Assembly (NCBI GenBank): GCA_950072105.1
Contig: CATMOE010000045.1
Location: 1-29,514, forward strand
Source: an uncultured Dehalococcoidia bacterium
GTDB taxonomy: Bacteria; Chloroflexota; Dehalococcoidia; Lucifugimonadales; UBA3495
Length of the DNA: 29,514 nucleotides
Reading direction: 5' to 3'
The notes under the pieces were generated by a model that was given only the letters and a program-made list of their open reading frames with translations, was not told where the DNA came from and made no database searches. Position numbers and translations under genes: made by a program. Shown one piece after another: positions 16,466 to 25,957 of the stretch (the stretch's first letter is position 1; every line of letters begins with the position of its first letter).

Positions 16466-17587
16466 CTAATCCCCCGCGAAGTGGGGCATGACTTTGGTGG
16501 CGAACAGCTCTATCTGCCGCATAATTATCTGGTGTTCGTATAGTCCGGTGGACATCCAAAGGAACAATTCTTCGAAATCTAATGCCTGGTCCAGTTCCCG
16601 GATCTGCTGGGTGACTCTCTCCGGAGTTCCCTGAAACACCAGACCCGGCGGAAAGCCAAAGGGAACGAACCAGGCGTTAAACAGCCAGTCGAATTGGTCC
16701 CGCAACTCCTGGGCTTGTTCTTCAGTATCTGCGATGCACAGGGTCGCCCCCATGGCTATCCCTTGGCCGGTCCTTAGCTCTCGGCCCGCACCCTGGGCCT
16801 CCTGACGGTACGCCTGGAAGAGGTTCTGGCAGAACTCCACGTCGTCGGACAGGACCACTGGTGTTCCGCCTTCCCTTGCCCAGAAGCGGGCGGTGGTGGC
16901 GCTATAAGTGAAGGGAGCGTATACGTCTGGATAGGGTTTCTGATACGGTTTGGGAGCGATGCCGATCTCTCGCAGTTTGCCATCGGAGTCTGCCCCCTGG
17001 CCCCAATTTAGGGTGGCCGGCATCTGCCAGGGAGTGTTCTCTGGCGGCACCTTCCAGAAACGTCCATTGTAGGAGAAGGTGTCCTTGGTCCAGGCTAGCT
17101 TGATGATCTCCCAGGACTCTTCAAAGGCCGCCCGGTTCAACTCGTCCTGCTCCGAGTGGTCCGAGGAAGTTGCGCCGAGGCCCATAGGCTGCCCCAGGGT
17201 GTTGACCCATCGGGACTGGTAGCCCCGGGCGAACCCCACATAGACCCGCCCCTTGGTGATCTGGTCCAGCATGGCTACGTCTTCGGCCACCCGCAAAGGG
17301 TGATGGGAGGGCAGCACCAGGGCCAACTGACCGACCTTCAGGTTCTTGGTGCGTGAGGCAACGAAAGCGTCCAACATAAGTGGGTTGGTGGACAGCTCGA
17401 ACCCTTCGATGTGGAAGTGGTGCTCGGTGAACCCTATGCCGTAGTAGCCCAGTTCGTCGGCGAACCGGGCTTGCTCGTCTATCTCTCCGAGCATCCTTTG
17501 GTACAAGTCGTCCCGAAGGCCGGCCATCCCCTGTTCCAGTTCGTGACGGCGGCCGATGGTGGGTAGCATGAACAGATGGAATTTCAC
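16466..17587 (-). CDS. LLM-class flavin-dependent oxidoreductase (alkanal monooxygenase alpha-like)
   Basis: FTEHHF, HPLRVAEDVAMLD, GFARGYQ and PKPYQKPYP. The GTG start overlaps the upstream stop (TAGTG), indicating translational coupling. Confidence 0.9.
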   Translation of the reverse strand: MKFHLFMLPTIGRRHELEQGMAGLRDDLYQRMLGEIDEQARFADELGYYGIGFTEHHFHIEGFELSTNPLMLDAFVASRTKNLKVGQLALVLPSHHPLRVAEDVAMLDQITKGRVYVGFARGYQSRWVNTLGQPMGLGATSSDHSEQDELNRAAFEESWEIIKLAWTKDTFSYNGRFWKVPPENTPWQMPATLNWGQGADSDGKLREIGIAPKPYQKPYPDVYAPFTYSATTARFWAREGGTPVVLSDDVEFCQNLFQAYRQEAQGAGRELRTGQGIAMGATLCIADTEEQAQELRDQFDWLFNAWFVPFGFPPGLVFQGTPERVTQQIRELDQALDFEELFLWMSTGLYEHQIIMRQIELFATKVMPHFAGD

Positions 17588-18837
17588 TATATGATCCCGT
17601 CTTCCGTCAATTTGGCCAGGTCCGCGGAGGAGATGCCCAAGAGCTGTTGGAAGACCATTTCGTTGTCGTGGCCCACGGGCACGGACCCTCGCCAAATCTT
17701 GCCGGGTGTTTCCGAAAACTTGGGGACGACGCCGGTGCCCTTTACCGTTCTACCCAGATTCACGTCTTCCCACTCGATGTGAACGTTACGCGCCTCGTAA
17801 TGGCGGTCTTCCGCCATGTCCCTAGCGGTCATGATGGCGCAACACGCTACCTGGGCGGCGTTCATGGTTTCGACTACCTCGCTCACCGTACGCTCCAGCA
17901 CCCATCCTCTTAAGATGGCGTCGAACTCTATACCATCGGGAGAGTCTAGCTCGGTGGTGGCCCTCTGCCATCTTTCTTCCTCGGGGTCCAGGCCAATCAC
18001 CCTGCATAACCGATTGAACGGGCCGCCCAGACCAGCAAGGTTGACCCAACCGTCGCTGGCCTGGAACGTGTCGTAGGGTTGGAATATGCCCGCTGCGTTG
18101 CCGGAGCGCTCCCGGTTCAAGCCCAGTTCATAGTAGGCTACCATGGTGCCGGCCAGGACACGATGGATCGCCTCAAATTGGGCGAGGTCGATCACCTGGC
18201 CCTGGCCGGTGCGTTGGGCGTGGATGTACCCGGCCAGAGAGGACCAGATGCAGAACAGGGCGGTGATGAAATCCCCTGTCCATGGCGCGGCTCTCGATGG
18301 AGACGCGGGCTCGGCGAAGCCGGTCAGGTTCATCATTCCGCCGAAACCTTGGCCGATGAAGTCATAGGATGCTCTGTTCAAGTAGTCCTCATTCCCGTCC
18401 TGTCCGTAGCCAGAGACATGAGCGATAACAAGGCGAGGGTTGGCCTTGAGGATCGTTTCGTCGTCCAGGCCCCACGCTGGATAGGTCCCAGGGATGGAGC
18501 TTTCCATCCATATGTCCGCTTGGCGGAGAAGGTCTAAGAATATCTCCTGGCCCCGGGGTTTGCCGGTGTCCAGAGTAACGTGGAAGCTGTTGCGCCGGTC
18601 CTGGACCCAAGCCGCGGCCACGGTATTGCCGTTGTCGCCTGTGATGGGGAATTCCAGCTTCCTCCACACGTCTTCTCCCTGGCCGGAGGGACGTTCAACC
18701 ATGATAACCTCTGCTCCCATTTCGGCGGCCATAGTCGCCGCGAATGGCTGAGCGATCAGAGAACCGCTGGATATGACGCGGACGCCCTGGAGGGGGCCGA
18801 ACGCTTGGGTTAATACCTTTGGTCCATCGGGATCCAT
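17587..18837 (-). CDS. Family III (CaiB/BaiF) CoA-transferase
   Basis: GPLQGVRVI, AEMGAEVI, VSGYGQDG, catalytic Asp in WTGDFITA, GQGQVIDLAQFE. Confidence 0.92.
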   Translation of the reverse strand: MDPDGPKVLTQAFGPLQGVRVISSGSLIAQPFAATMAAEMGAEVIMVERPSGQGEDVWRKLEFPITGDNGNTVAAAWVQDRRNSFHVTLDTGKPRGQEIFLDLLRQADIWMESSIPGTYPAWGLDDETILKANPRLVIAHVSGYGQDGNEDYLNRASYDFIGQGFGGMMNLTGFAEPASPSRAAPWTGDFITALFCIWSSLAGYIHAQRTGQGQVIDLAQFEAIHRVLAGTMVAYYELGLNRERSGNAAGIFQPYDTFQASDGWVNLAGLGGPFNRLCRVIGLDPEEERWQRATTELDSPDGIEFDAILRGWVLERTVSEVVETMNAAQVACCAIMTARDMAEDRHYEARNVHIEWEDVNLGRTVKGTGVVPKFSETPGKIWRGSVPVGHDNEMVFQQLLGISSADLAKLTEDGII

Positions 18838-19063
18838 ATGTTTCCTCCCTCGCTGAGTGATGGTTGTGCGGTATTAGGGTGGTATGACTTTCCAGTGCCA
18901 GGATTGGCGACGCCGTACATTATAAGCGAAAGCTGGGCCAAATAAAGCCGTCTAATTCTTCACTGCCAAGACCAATGGCTGAGCACGGTTGTGTTGTTGC
19001 GTGGTCTCGGCGGGTGGTATAGTGTGGGCCACGCCAGCGATCACCTCGAATGGGAGGGTCTTT

Positions 19064-19564
19064 ATGAGCTACAAACCGAAGTGCCTGGGACACATAAACA
19101 TCTTCGTCCGTAACGCCGAGCGGTCTCGGGACTGGTACGCCGATGTGTTGGGCCTGCACTGCTACGACCTCAGGCCGGATGCCGCTTTCATGGCGGCGGA
19201 CATTGAGCAGTCCCATGAGATCGCCCTGGTCCAGGTAGGCGACGACGCTCCAGGGCCCGAACGGGGACGGGTGGGTCTCAACCACATGGCTTGGTACATG
19301 GAAACCCTGGAGGACCTGAAAGAGTTCTACCTGAGGGTTAAAGAGAAGAACATTCCGATAGTCCGGGTAGGCGATCACGGTATCTCCATGGGCGTTTATA
19401 TCCAAGACCCCGATGGCAACGGCATCGAGGTGTTCTACGAGTTACCCAGAAGCGAGTGGCCCCGCCAGGACAAGCTGTTCACCGACCTGGGTAATGGCGA
19501 CGGGCGCTTCCCCGGACCCTGGGACGAAGAACTGAAAAAGCAAGCGGCCGCCGCCACCCACTAG
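19064..19564 (+). CDS. VOC/glyoxalase family protein (catechol 2,3-dioxygenase CatE-like)
   Basis: LGHINIFVRN, SHEIAL, GLNHMAW and DHG..MGVYIQDPDGNGIE. GGAGG RBS; upstream TGG-TATAGT extended -10 at 19015-19023. Confidence 0.88.
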   Translation: MSYKPKCLGHINIFVRNAERSRDWYADVLGLHCYDLRPDAAFMAADIEQSHEIALVQVGDDAPGPERGRVGLNHMAWYMETLEDLKEFYLRVKEKNIPIVRVGDHGISMGVYIQDPDGNGIEVFYELPRSEWPRQDKLFTDLGNGDGRFPGPWDEELKKQAAAATH

Positions 19565-19604
19565 AAGCTGTTCTGAAATAACTCTGAGTTGGGTTGGAGT
19601 GCGG

Positions 19605-19637
19605 AAATCCCCCCAACCCCCCTTTACGAAAGGGGGG
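19605..19637. repeat. REP-like palindrome family A
   Basis: aaatccccccaacccccctttacgaaagggggg. Confidence 0.85.
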
Positions 19638-19701
19638 CTTTACGGTTCTGTTGGCAGGACCTGTAGAAATATGATCTCTGGGTGGTAGGAGGATGGGGCC
19701 A

Positions 19702-20592
19702 ATGCAGATCGGTGTCAGTATGCCCATAACCGACTTCGGCGCCGATCTTGGCGCGGTGCGGGATTACGTGCAAGCGGCGGAGGAGTTGGGATACAGCCAC
19801 ATCCGCACACTGGACCACGTATTGGGCGCAGACCCTCAACACCACCCCGATGTTCCCCGCTTCCCGTATACCCATGAGAGTTATATCCACGAGCCTTTCA
19901 CCTTGTTGGGCTATTTGGCCGCGATAACAACCTCGCTGCAACTGACCACGGGAATCATAATTCTTCCTCAGCGGCAGACGGTCTTGGTGGCCAAACAGGC
20001 GGCCGAAGTAGACGTGCTTAGCGGTGGGCGGTTGCGCATGGGGATCGGAGTGGGCTGGAACCCGGTAGAGTACGAGGCGTTGGGTAAGGACTTTCACACC
20101 CGGGGCGACCTGTACGAAGAGCAGGTCTCATTGCTGAGGTCCCTTTGGACTCAGGAAGTGGTTAATTTCGAGGGCCGGTGGCACCGCGTTACGCACGCCG
20201 GTATCAATCCTCTGCCGGTGCAGCGGCCTATCCCCATATGGATGGGAGCCGGCTCCGGAGCAGGTGGCATTCCCAGCAACCGGGTTTTGCGGCGCATCGG
20301 CCGGCTTGCCGACGGTTGGTTCCCCATGTTACCTCCCAACCAAGAAGGTAAGGAAGCCATTGATCGGGTGCGGCGCTATGCCGTGGACGCGGGCCGGGAC
20401 CCGGATTCCGTGGGACTTGAAGGCCGGGTCACCGTGGCGGCAGGTGGGCCGGAGGATTGGGCAGGCGAGTTGAAGGCGTGGTCGGAATTGGGAGCTACCC
20501 ATATCTCGGTGAATACCGGTGGGGCCGGCTTCACCACCCCCGATGAGCATATAGAAGCCATCCGGCGGGTAAAAGAAGTGATTGGCGGGTGA
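19702..20592 (+). CDS. LLM-class, probably F420-dependent, oxidoreductase (Rv2161c-like)
   Basis: DHVLG, HEPFTLLGYLAA, ILPQRQTVLVAKQAAEVDVLSGGRLRMGIGVGWN.EY and NPLPVQRPIPIW. AGGAGG spacing favours ATG 19702. Confidence 0.9.
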   Translation: MQIGVSMPITDFGADLGAVRDYVQAAEELGYSHIRTLDHVLGADPQHHPDVPRFPYTHESYIHEPFTLLGYLAAITTSLQLTTGIIILPQRQTVLVAKQAAEVDVLSGGRLRMGIGVGWNPVEYEALGKDFHTRGDLYEEQVSLLRSLWTQEVVNFEGRWHRVTHAGINPLPVQRPIPIWMGAGSGAGGIPSNRVLRRIGRLADGWFPMLPPNQEGKEAIDRVRRYAVDAGRDPDSVGLEGRVTVAAGGPEDWAGELKAWSELGATHISVNTGGAGFTTPDEHIEAIRRVKEVIGG

Positions 20593-20639
20593 GTCCTCTC
20601 TTCGTCTATTTATTTGATGGCGTGTGCGGGAAGAAATTT

Positions 20640-20704
20640 GCCACAGAGACACAGAGAGCACGGAGATTTTTTTGATTTTCTCCGTTTCTCTGTGCCTCTG
20701 TGGC
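20640..20704. repeat. Inverted repeat of cacagag(a) units (hairpin)
   Basis: gccacagagacacagagagcacggaga (20640-20666) pairs with tctccgtttctctgtgcctctgtggc (20679-20704). Confidence 0.8.
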
Positions 20705-20747
20705 TTTCTAGGTGGCGCTGGGCAGAATATACATTTAGGAGTGAACC

Positions 20748-21263
20748 ATGCCAAGAGTGGCTTTGGACCTGAACAAGGCGGAAGACAGAGCAAAAGTTAG
20801 CGGTAGCTGGCGGGTGGCCGATGGGTTGGTGCCCGGCGAGCCTAATGAGGGCCTGGTATCTCAGATCCTGGCCAGTCCGGCGCGCCTGGGAGACTTTGAC
20901 GATTCCGGATGGGAGGAATGCACCAACGTTCGGGCAAGCCGCTCGGTTGGGTTCACCTTCGGCTGGTGGCGCGTCACCGTCCAATTGCCCGAACGGATCG
21001 ACGGTGTTGAGATAGCCGGTTCCCGTGTCTTCTTCGAAACCAACGCGGACAATTACGGAGAAGTGTGGGTGGACGGCCAGATAGACCGGGCCACCGGCGT
21101 CGTAGTGGGTATTAACGCCCAGCATCGCGTTGAAGTTAGCAACAGCGCAGTCCCAGGGACGAAGCACGTTATCGCTTGCCTAGTGGCCAACGGACCCTTG
21201 GCCGAGCCCAGGGGCGGCATCTTCCTGCGATATGCCACTTTGGCTTTTGAGTCCTCTGGCTAA
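20748..21263 (+). CDS. Hypothetical protein, probable jelly-roll/galactose-binding-like domain
   Basis: AGGAG RBS. FDDSGWE, GWWRVTVQLP, DNYGEVWVDG and IACLVANG resemble GH2-type sugar-binding domains. Confidence 0.72.
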   Translation: MPRVALDLNKAEDRAKVSGSWRVADGLVPGEPNEGLVSQILASPARLGDFDDSGWEECTNVRASRSVGFTFGWWRVTVQLPERIDGVEIAGSRVFFETNADNYGEVWVDGQIDRATGVVVGINAQHRVEVSNSAVPGTKHVIACLVANGPLAEPRGGIFLRYATLAFESSG

Positions 21264-21340
21264 GGCCCAGCCTGGCATTGCCTAGGACAAAGAACTGTCG
21301 CCCCGAATGACACGAGAATCCGGATGGTTGTTCCAGGGGT

Positions 21341-21499
21341 CCTTCGACAGGCTCAGGACGAACGGGAAGGAGAGCCCCAACCGTTCGTGGTGAGCTTGTC
21401 GAACCACCCGTGTGGCGCACCCTTGTACAGGCTCAGTGCGAAGTGTTTCGTCCGTTCTCGACGATAACCCCAACCGTTCGTGGTGAGCTTGTCGAACCA
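21341..21499. repeat. BIME-like cluster of family C REPs
   Basis: ccttcgacaggctcaggacgaacgg (21341) and a degenerate copy (21421) alternate with exact 32-bp direct repeats at 21375-21406 and 21468-21499. Lies between convergent genes. Confidence 0.85.
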
Positions 21500-21521
21500 G
21501 CCCTAAGAGACAGATCCCCGA

Positions 21522-22742
21522 TTACTCCAGAACCCCATCATCCTCAAACGACCGGTACTCATCCTCGGACAGCCCCACCAACTCCTTGAGGGCGTACTCG
21601 GTATGCTCGCCAAGAAGAGGCGCCGGAGTATCCAGGCTGCCCGGTGTCTTCGACAGATCGAACTCGCTTTGATCGCTGGGATATGGTCCGATCTCGGCAT
21701 GGTCCAGGAACTTGAAGTGTTCTCTTTGAGTTAGTTGTGGATCTTCGAAAAGGTCCCGGCAGTCGTTGACTACCCCGGCGGGGACCCCAGCGTTTTGCAG
21801 GGTGCGCATCAATTCCTGAGGGTCTTTATCTCCGGTCCATTCGGCGATCATCTTATCCAAATCTTCTTCCACCGTTTTTCGCCCCACCAGGGTTGACGCT
21901 TGATGACGGCGGTCGTCGTCCCAGTCCACGGGGTTGATAAGTTCCAAAAATGCCTCCCACTCCTGATCGGTTTGGCAAGCGATGGCGATCCAGCGGTCTT
22001 CGCCCCTACACGGATACGCCCCATGGGGCACCGCGCCCGGATCGCTGTTGCCCCGGCGGCCTTGCTCACGTCCGTTGACGCTGCAGTCCAAGATGAAAGG
22101 CGCGGTGAAGTGCAGGGAGGTTTCCAGTTGGGACATGTCCAAGTGAAGCCCTTTTCCGGTCCTTCGCTGGTAGTCCAGGGCCGCCAGGATGGACGCCACG
22201 GCGAATCTGGGGCCGATGAAGTCGGTATAAGCCCCGTAGGGGTTCACCGGGTCCCGGTCGGGCCAGCCGGTGATGTGGGTAAGTCCGGCCAGGGATGATA
22301 GGACCGGTCCAAACCCCGGCTGCCGTTCCATGGGGCCGCCCCTTCCCAGCATCGACGTACTGTACATGACGATGGCAGGGTTGATCGCTTGCAGGTCTTC
22401 GTATCCCAGCCCCCATCGCTCCATGGTTCCCGGGGTAAAGTTCTCAGTAACCAGGTTGGCCCAAGACACCAGCCGAAGCACCAATTCTTTGGCCCTGGCA
22501 TGGCCCATGTCGATGGTGATTCCGTACTTGTTGGGGTTATAGCTGGCGAAGTAGCCGCTGCGGTTTATGCCGGATATGCCGTCCTTGAAAGGAGCTGCCC
22601 GGCGCAGCGTTTCCGGCCGCTTGCCCGACTCGACCCTTATCACGGTAGCGCCGTACTCGGCCAGGTACCGGGTGGTCATGGGACCGACGGCCACCCAGCA
22701 GAAGTCCAGGACCTTGATCCCTTCCAAAGGTTTTTTGTCCAT
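21522..22742 (-). CDS. Family III CoA-transferase (catalytic, BbsF-like)
   Basis: PLEGIKVLDF, LAEYGATVIRVES, ENFTPG and catalytic Asp in AYTDFIG. Start overlaps the upstream stop (TGATG). Confidence 0.92.
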   Translation of the reverse strand: MDKKPLEGIKVLDFCWVAVGPMTTRYLAEYGATVIRVESGKRPETLRRAAPFKDGISGINRSGYFASYNPNKYGITIDMGHARAKELVLRLVSWANLVTENFTPGTMERWGLGYEDLQAINPAIVMYSTSMLGRGGPMERQPGFGPVLSSLAGLTHITGWPDRDPVNPYGAYTDFIGPRFAVASILAALDYQRRTGKGLHLDMSQLETSLHFTAPFILDCSVNGREQGRRGNSDPGAVPHGAYPCRGEDRWIAIACQTDQEWEAFLELINPVDWDDDRRHQASTLVGRKTVEEDLDKMIAEWTGDKDPQELMRTLQNAGVPAGVVNDCRDLFEDPQLTQREHFKFLDHAEIGPYPSDQSEFDLSKTPGSLDTPAPLLGEHTEYALKELVGLSEDEYRSFEDDGVLE

Positions 22743-24010
22743 CAGATGGCCCCGCTTTCTTTAAGAGTCGTGACTTGCTCCAACGTTAGGCCGAGCTCAT
22801 CCTGGTAGATCTCCCGATTGTGCTCCCCGATCAATGGCGGACGGCGGCGGAGGCTCATGCGCTCTCCGTGCCGGTCCTTCACAAAGAGTCCGGGATAATT
22901 TACGGTGGTATCGAGTTCAGGGTGATGGAGTTGTTGGAAGTAGTCTCGCGCCTTCAGTTGGGGGTGGTCCAGGATATCCTGCTGAGTCGCCACCGGAAAC
23001 AGCAATATTCGACGCTCGACGCTGGCCGCCACCAGTTCCTGCCGGGTATGAGTGGCGAAAAATCGAATCAGGGGCGCGACGCCTTTCTCCATGATTTCCG
23101 ATCGGACTTGGCCGTAACCAAGCTCCTCCCAGTTGACGTCATTCAGAAATTCGTCGCCCATGTCCTCTTCGTCCATCCAGGCCAACAGGGTCCGAGTGCT
23201 GGCGGCAACCCCCGAGCTCCCACCTTGGAGAACGTAGTTGATGTAGCCATCCTTGCAGGGCCAGCAGGTGCGGATAATGCTGTCGCCCGAGGTCTGGCGG
23301 AAAACCCCCATGCGTTTCAGGATCACGCCTTCCAGATCCCAGCTTTGAGGCGCATGCGCCAAGGTCTTGGCCACGGCCTGCTGGCAGGAAACGTCGACGT
23401 GCTGCCCTTCTCCGGTGATCGCCCGATGTGTATGCGCGATCATGGCCCCGGCGGCGCCGGCGGCAGCGCCATGGAGATGAAAGTGGGGAATGCTCACCCG
23501 CAGGGGAGGACGGTCGCTGTCTCCGGTCAGGTACATGAAGCCGCCCAAGGCCATTCCGACGATGTCGGGGGCTTTCCAGTGAGCGTAGGGACCATCGCTG
23601 CCGAAGGGTGTTATGGATACCATCACCAATTCTGGGTTGATGGCCTCCAGGCCGGTATATCCCAGAGACAGGCTGTCCATATAGCCCGGAGGGAAGGATT
23701 CGATGAGGAAATGGGCGCTCTTAACCAAACGCTTCAGGAGGTCCCGCCCGTCGGCTGTTTCCAGATTGAGGGTGACGCTTCGTTTGTTGGCGGAATAGGA
23801 CCACCAGAACAGGCTTTTCTCAGGATGTACATCGTCCTGGTAGAAGGGGCCGATGTTACGGGCGGCGCTGCCTCCGGGAGGCTCCACCTGAATGACGTCG
23901 GCGCCCAGGTCCGCCAGGATCTTTCCGCAGAGGAGACCTCCTTGGCCGGTCAGGTCTAAAACCCGGTAGGGGCTGAGCAGCAGTTCTTGAGCGCCGTCGC
24001 CGTTTGACAT
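22742..24010 (-). CDS. Family III CoA-transferase (BbsE-like, catalytic Asp apparently absent)
   Basis: RVLDLT, LADLGADVIQVEPPGG, NKRSVTLNL, SITPFGSDGP and GEGQHVDVS. The active-site segment reads PHFHLHGAAAG. Confidence 0.9.
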   Translation of the reverse strand: MSNGDGAQELLLSPYRVLDLTGQGGLLCGKILADLGADVIQVEPPGGSAARNIGPFYQDDVHPEKSLFWWSYSANKRSVTLNLETADGRDLLKRLVKSAHFLIESFPPGYMDSLSLGYTGLEAINPELVMVSITPFGSDGPYAHWKAPDIVGMALGGFMYLTGDSDRPPLRVSIPHFHLHGAAAGAAGAMIAHTHRAITGEGQHVDVSCQQAVAKTLAHAPQSWDLEGVILKRMGVFRQTSGDSIIRTCWPCKDGYINYVLQGGSSGVAASTRTLLAWMDEEDMGDEFLNDVNWEELGYGQVRSEIMEKGVAPLIRFFATHTRQELVAASVERRILLFPVATQQDILDHPQLKARDYFQQLHHPELDTTVNYPGLFVKDRHGERMSLRRRPPLIGEHNREIYQDELGLTLEQVTTLKESGAI

Positions 24011-24080
24011 TTCTCCGATTTTCTCCCGGAAGCCGTTAAGTATCGTGGTGTTGGGACCGGTTTCGTCTTTGAATTTTAAC

Positions 24081-25553
24081 TCATCCCGTGGACACAGAAC
24101 TTGCCTCTTTGACTTCGCGAAATTTGAATGCGGAGATCGCCATACCGAGAAGCAGCATAACGGTCATCGCCCGATAGGCGTTTCGCATACCTAAAGTAAA
24201 GGCGTTGCATACCCCGGAGTCAACGCCACACTGGACCGCCGCCAGGGTAGGTTCGTGGCCCATGGACCCCATCGTCGCGGTCACTATGGCGGTTGCCACG
24301 GCGATGCTGGTGACGTTGGCCGCGTTTCTGGTCAGGTTGAGGAACGCCGAGACCACGCCGTATCGCTCAAGGGGCACGGCGCTGAGAATCGAACTGGTGT
24401 TGGCCGAATAAAAAGTCCCCATACCCGCGCTCGTTAGGATCAACGCGGGCAGGATCAATCCTTTGCCTGAGGTCTCGGTGAGTCCGCTGAGAATGAACAG
24501 CCCGGCGGCGGCAAGAGCCAGGCCGCCAACGGTAAAAATCCTCGGCCCGTAGCGGTCGGAGAGCTCGCCGCTTAGGGGCCCCAACACGGCCATGAAAAGC
24601 GCTCCGGGTACCACCAACAGGCCGGCATCTCTTGGGCTGTAGCCCAACACTCTTTGCAGGTAGAACGGGGTGAGAAACAGGACCGCCGAGCTGCCAAAGA
24701 AGATAAGGAAAGCGGCGGATGTTCCGAAGGAGAAAGTTTTGCTCCGAAATAGCCTTACGTCCAACAAGGGAACGGAGATACGCAGTTCCCACCAGATAAA
24801 CGTCCCTAATAGAACGAAGAAGGCCGAAAAACCGGCCAGTATGAATGGTGAAGCCAGACCGAATCTGTGGACGTTCATCAGTGCCAGGAGGAAGATGACC
24901 AGCGCTGCGGTGGATAGGATGGCGCCGAGCCAGTCGAAACCGTGCTGAGTACTCCCGTTTCTTGCCGGTTGAGAACGCCGGCCATCGAGCACGATGATGC
25001 TTGCCAGGACTCCCAGGAGCCCCAAAGGCACGTTGAAGAAGAATACCCAACGCCAATCCAGAGCGTTTACCAAAAACCCGCCGAAGGCCGGTCCGGCCAC
25101 GGCCCCGGTACCCACGACGGTCATTATCAGGCCCAGCGCCTTGCCTCTTTCGTGGGAAGGAAACATGGCGGTGATGATGGCCATGCCGGTGCCCTGGGTC
25201 ATCGCCGCGCCCACGCCCTGAAGAAGCCGCGACAACACCAACATGGTGAGACTTGGCGCGAATCCGGCTGATACAGCTCCCAGCACGAATATCAGGGACC
25301 CGGTGATATAGACTTCTTTGCGGCCCACTAAGTCTGCCAGGCGTCCCATTGGCAACAGCAGGGCGCTGATGGTTAGGAGGTATCCAATGACTACCCACTG
25401 GACGGTGGGAAGGTCGGAGCTGAAATTGCTGGCGATGGACGGCAACGCCACATTTACGCTGCCGTGGTCTATTACGTTGGAAAAGCTGCCGATGGCAATG
25501 GCGCCGAAGCCCCAATATTTGTAGTTGGAACTTCGAGTGGCGGGTGAACGCAT
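24081..25553 (-). CDS. MFS transporter, DHA2/EmrB-QacA-like (about 14 TM)
   Basis: VNVALPSI, motif A GRLADLVGRK, RLLQGVG, GPAFGG and WRWVFFFNVPLG. Confidence 0.92.
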   Translation of the reverse strand: MRSPATRSSNYKYWGFGAIAIGSFSNVIDHGSVNVALPSIASNFSSDLPTVQWVVIGYLLTISALLLPMGRLADLVGRKEVYITGSLIFVLGAVSAGFAPSLTMLVLSRLLQGVGAAMTQGTGMAIITAMFPSHERGKALGLIMTVVGTGAVAGPAFGGFLVNALDWRWVFFFNVPLGLLGVLASIIVLDGRRSQPARNGSTQHGFDWLGAILSTAALVIFLLALMNVHRFGLASPFILAGFSAFFVLLGTFIWWELRISVPLLDVRLFRSKTFSFGTSAAFLIFFGSSAVLFLTPFYLQRVLGYSPRDAGLLVVPGALFMAVLGPLSGELSDRYGPRIFTVGGLALAAAGLFILSGLTETSGKGLILPALILTSAGMGTFYSANTSSILSAVPLERYGVVSAFLNLTRNAANVTSIAVATAIVTATMGSMGHEPTLAAVQCGVDSGVCNAFTLGMRNAYRAMTVMLLLGMAISAFKFREVKEASSVSTG

Positions 25554-25778
25554 CAAGGTGGTCCTGGCGAGATTCCCAAGAGAACGGATCGGTTGCGGGA
25601 GTTTACCTGATGGGACTTTGGTAGACGACGCTAATCTTAACTTCTTGTTTTTCCTGGTCTTCTTGCATGTTTGGAATTCGGGTTAGTGGCACAAGTTGGT
25701 TTGGATACTAGCCATCGGGGCCGGGAATGCTACTTGAAATTTGCTGCTAACGGTCGTCGCCGCAGCGGCCCGGGAGGG

Positions 25779-25887
25779 AAATCCCCCAACCCCCTTTACG
25801 AAAGGGGGCTAAGCCCGAGGGTTATCGATCGTTCGCCGAACCAACAGTTCATGTCATTCTGATGGAGCGTAGCGACTGAAGAATCTC
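25779..25887. repeat. Family A REP variant (25779-25808) and a tgtcattctga...gaagaatct REP-like unit (25852-25887)
   Basis: aaatcccccaaccccctttacgaaaggggg, then tgtcattctgatggagcgtagcgactgaagaatctc, in a 400-bp intergenic gap. Confidence 0.7.
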
Positions 25888-25957
25888 AGCTTGTTCAGGG
25901 AATACGGTTCTGTTCCTTCAAGGCTCCATTGCGAATCTGCGATCTGGCGGGAGGTGA

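Noticed and set aside
21375..21499. Exact 32-bp direct repeats as a CRISPR array
   Set aside because: Only two copies, the 61-nt spacer contains another REP unit, the same motif occurs at 5876, and there are no cas genes.
22820..23959. 379-aa plus-strand ORF
   Set aside because: Antisense shadow of a CoA-transferase with no recognisable motifs; expected at high GC.
24367..25515. 382-aa Arg-rich alternative-frame ORF
   Set aside because: Out-of-frame overlap with the MFS gene, with composition typical of a spurious frame.
25671..25862. 63-aa intergenic ORF
   Set aside because: It runs through REP elements, has a TTG start with no clear RBS and shows no protein-like motif.
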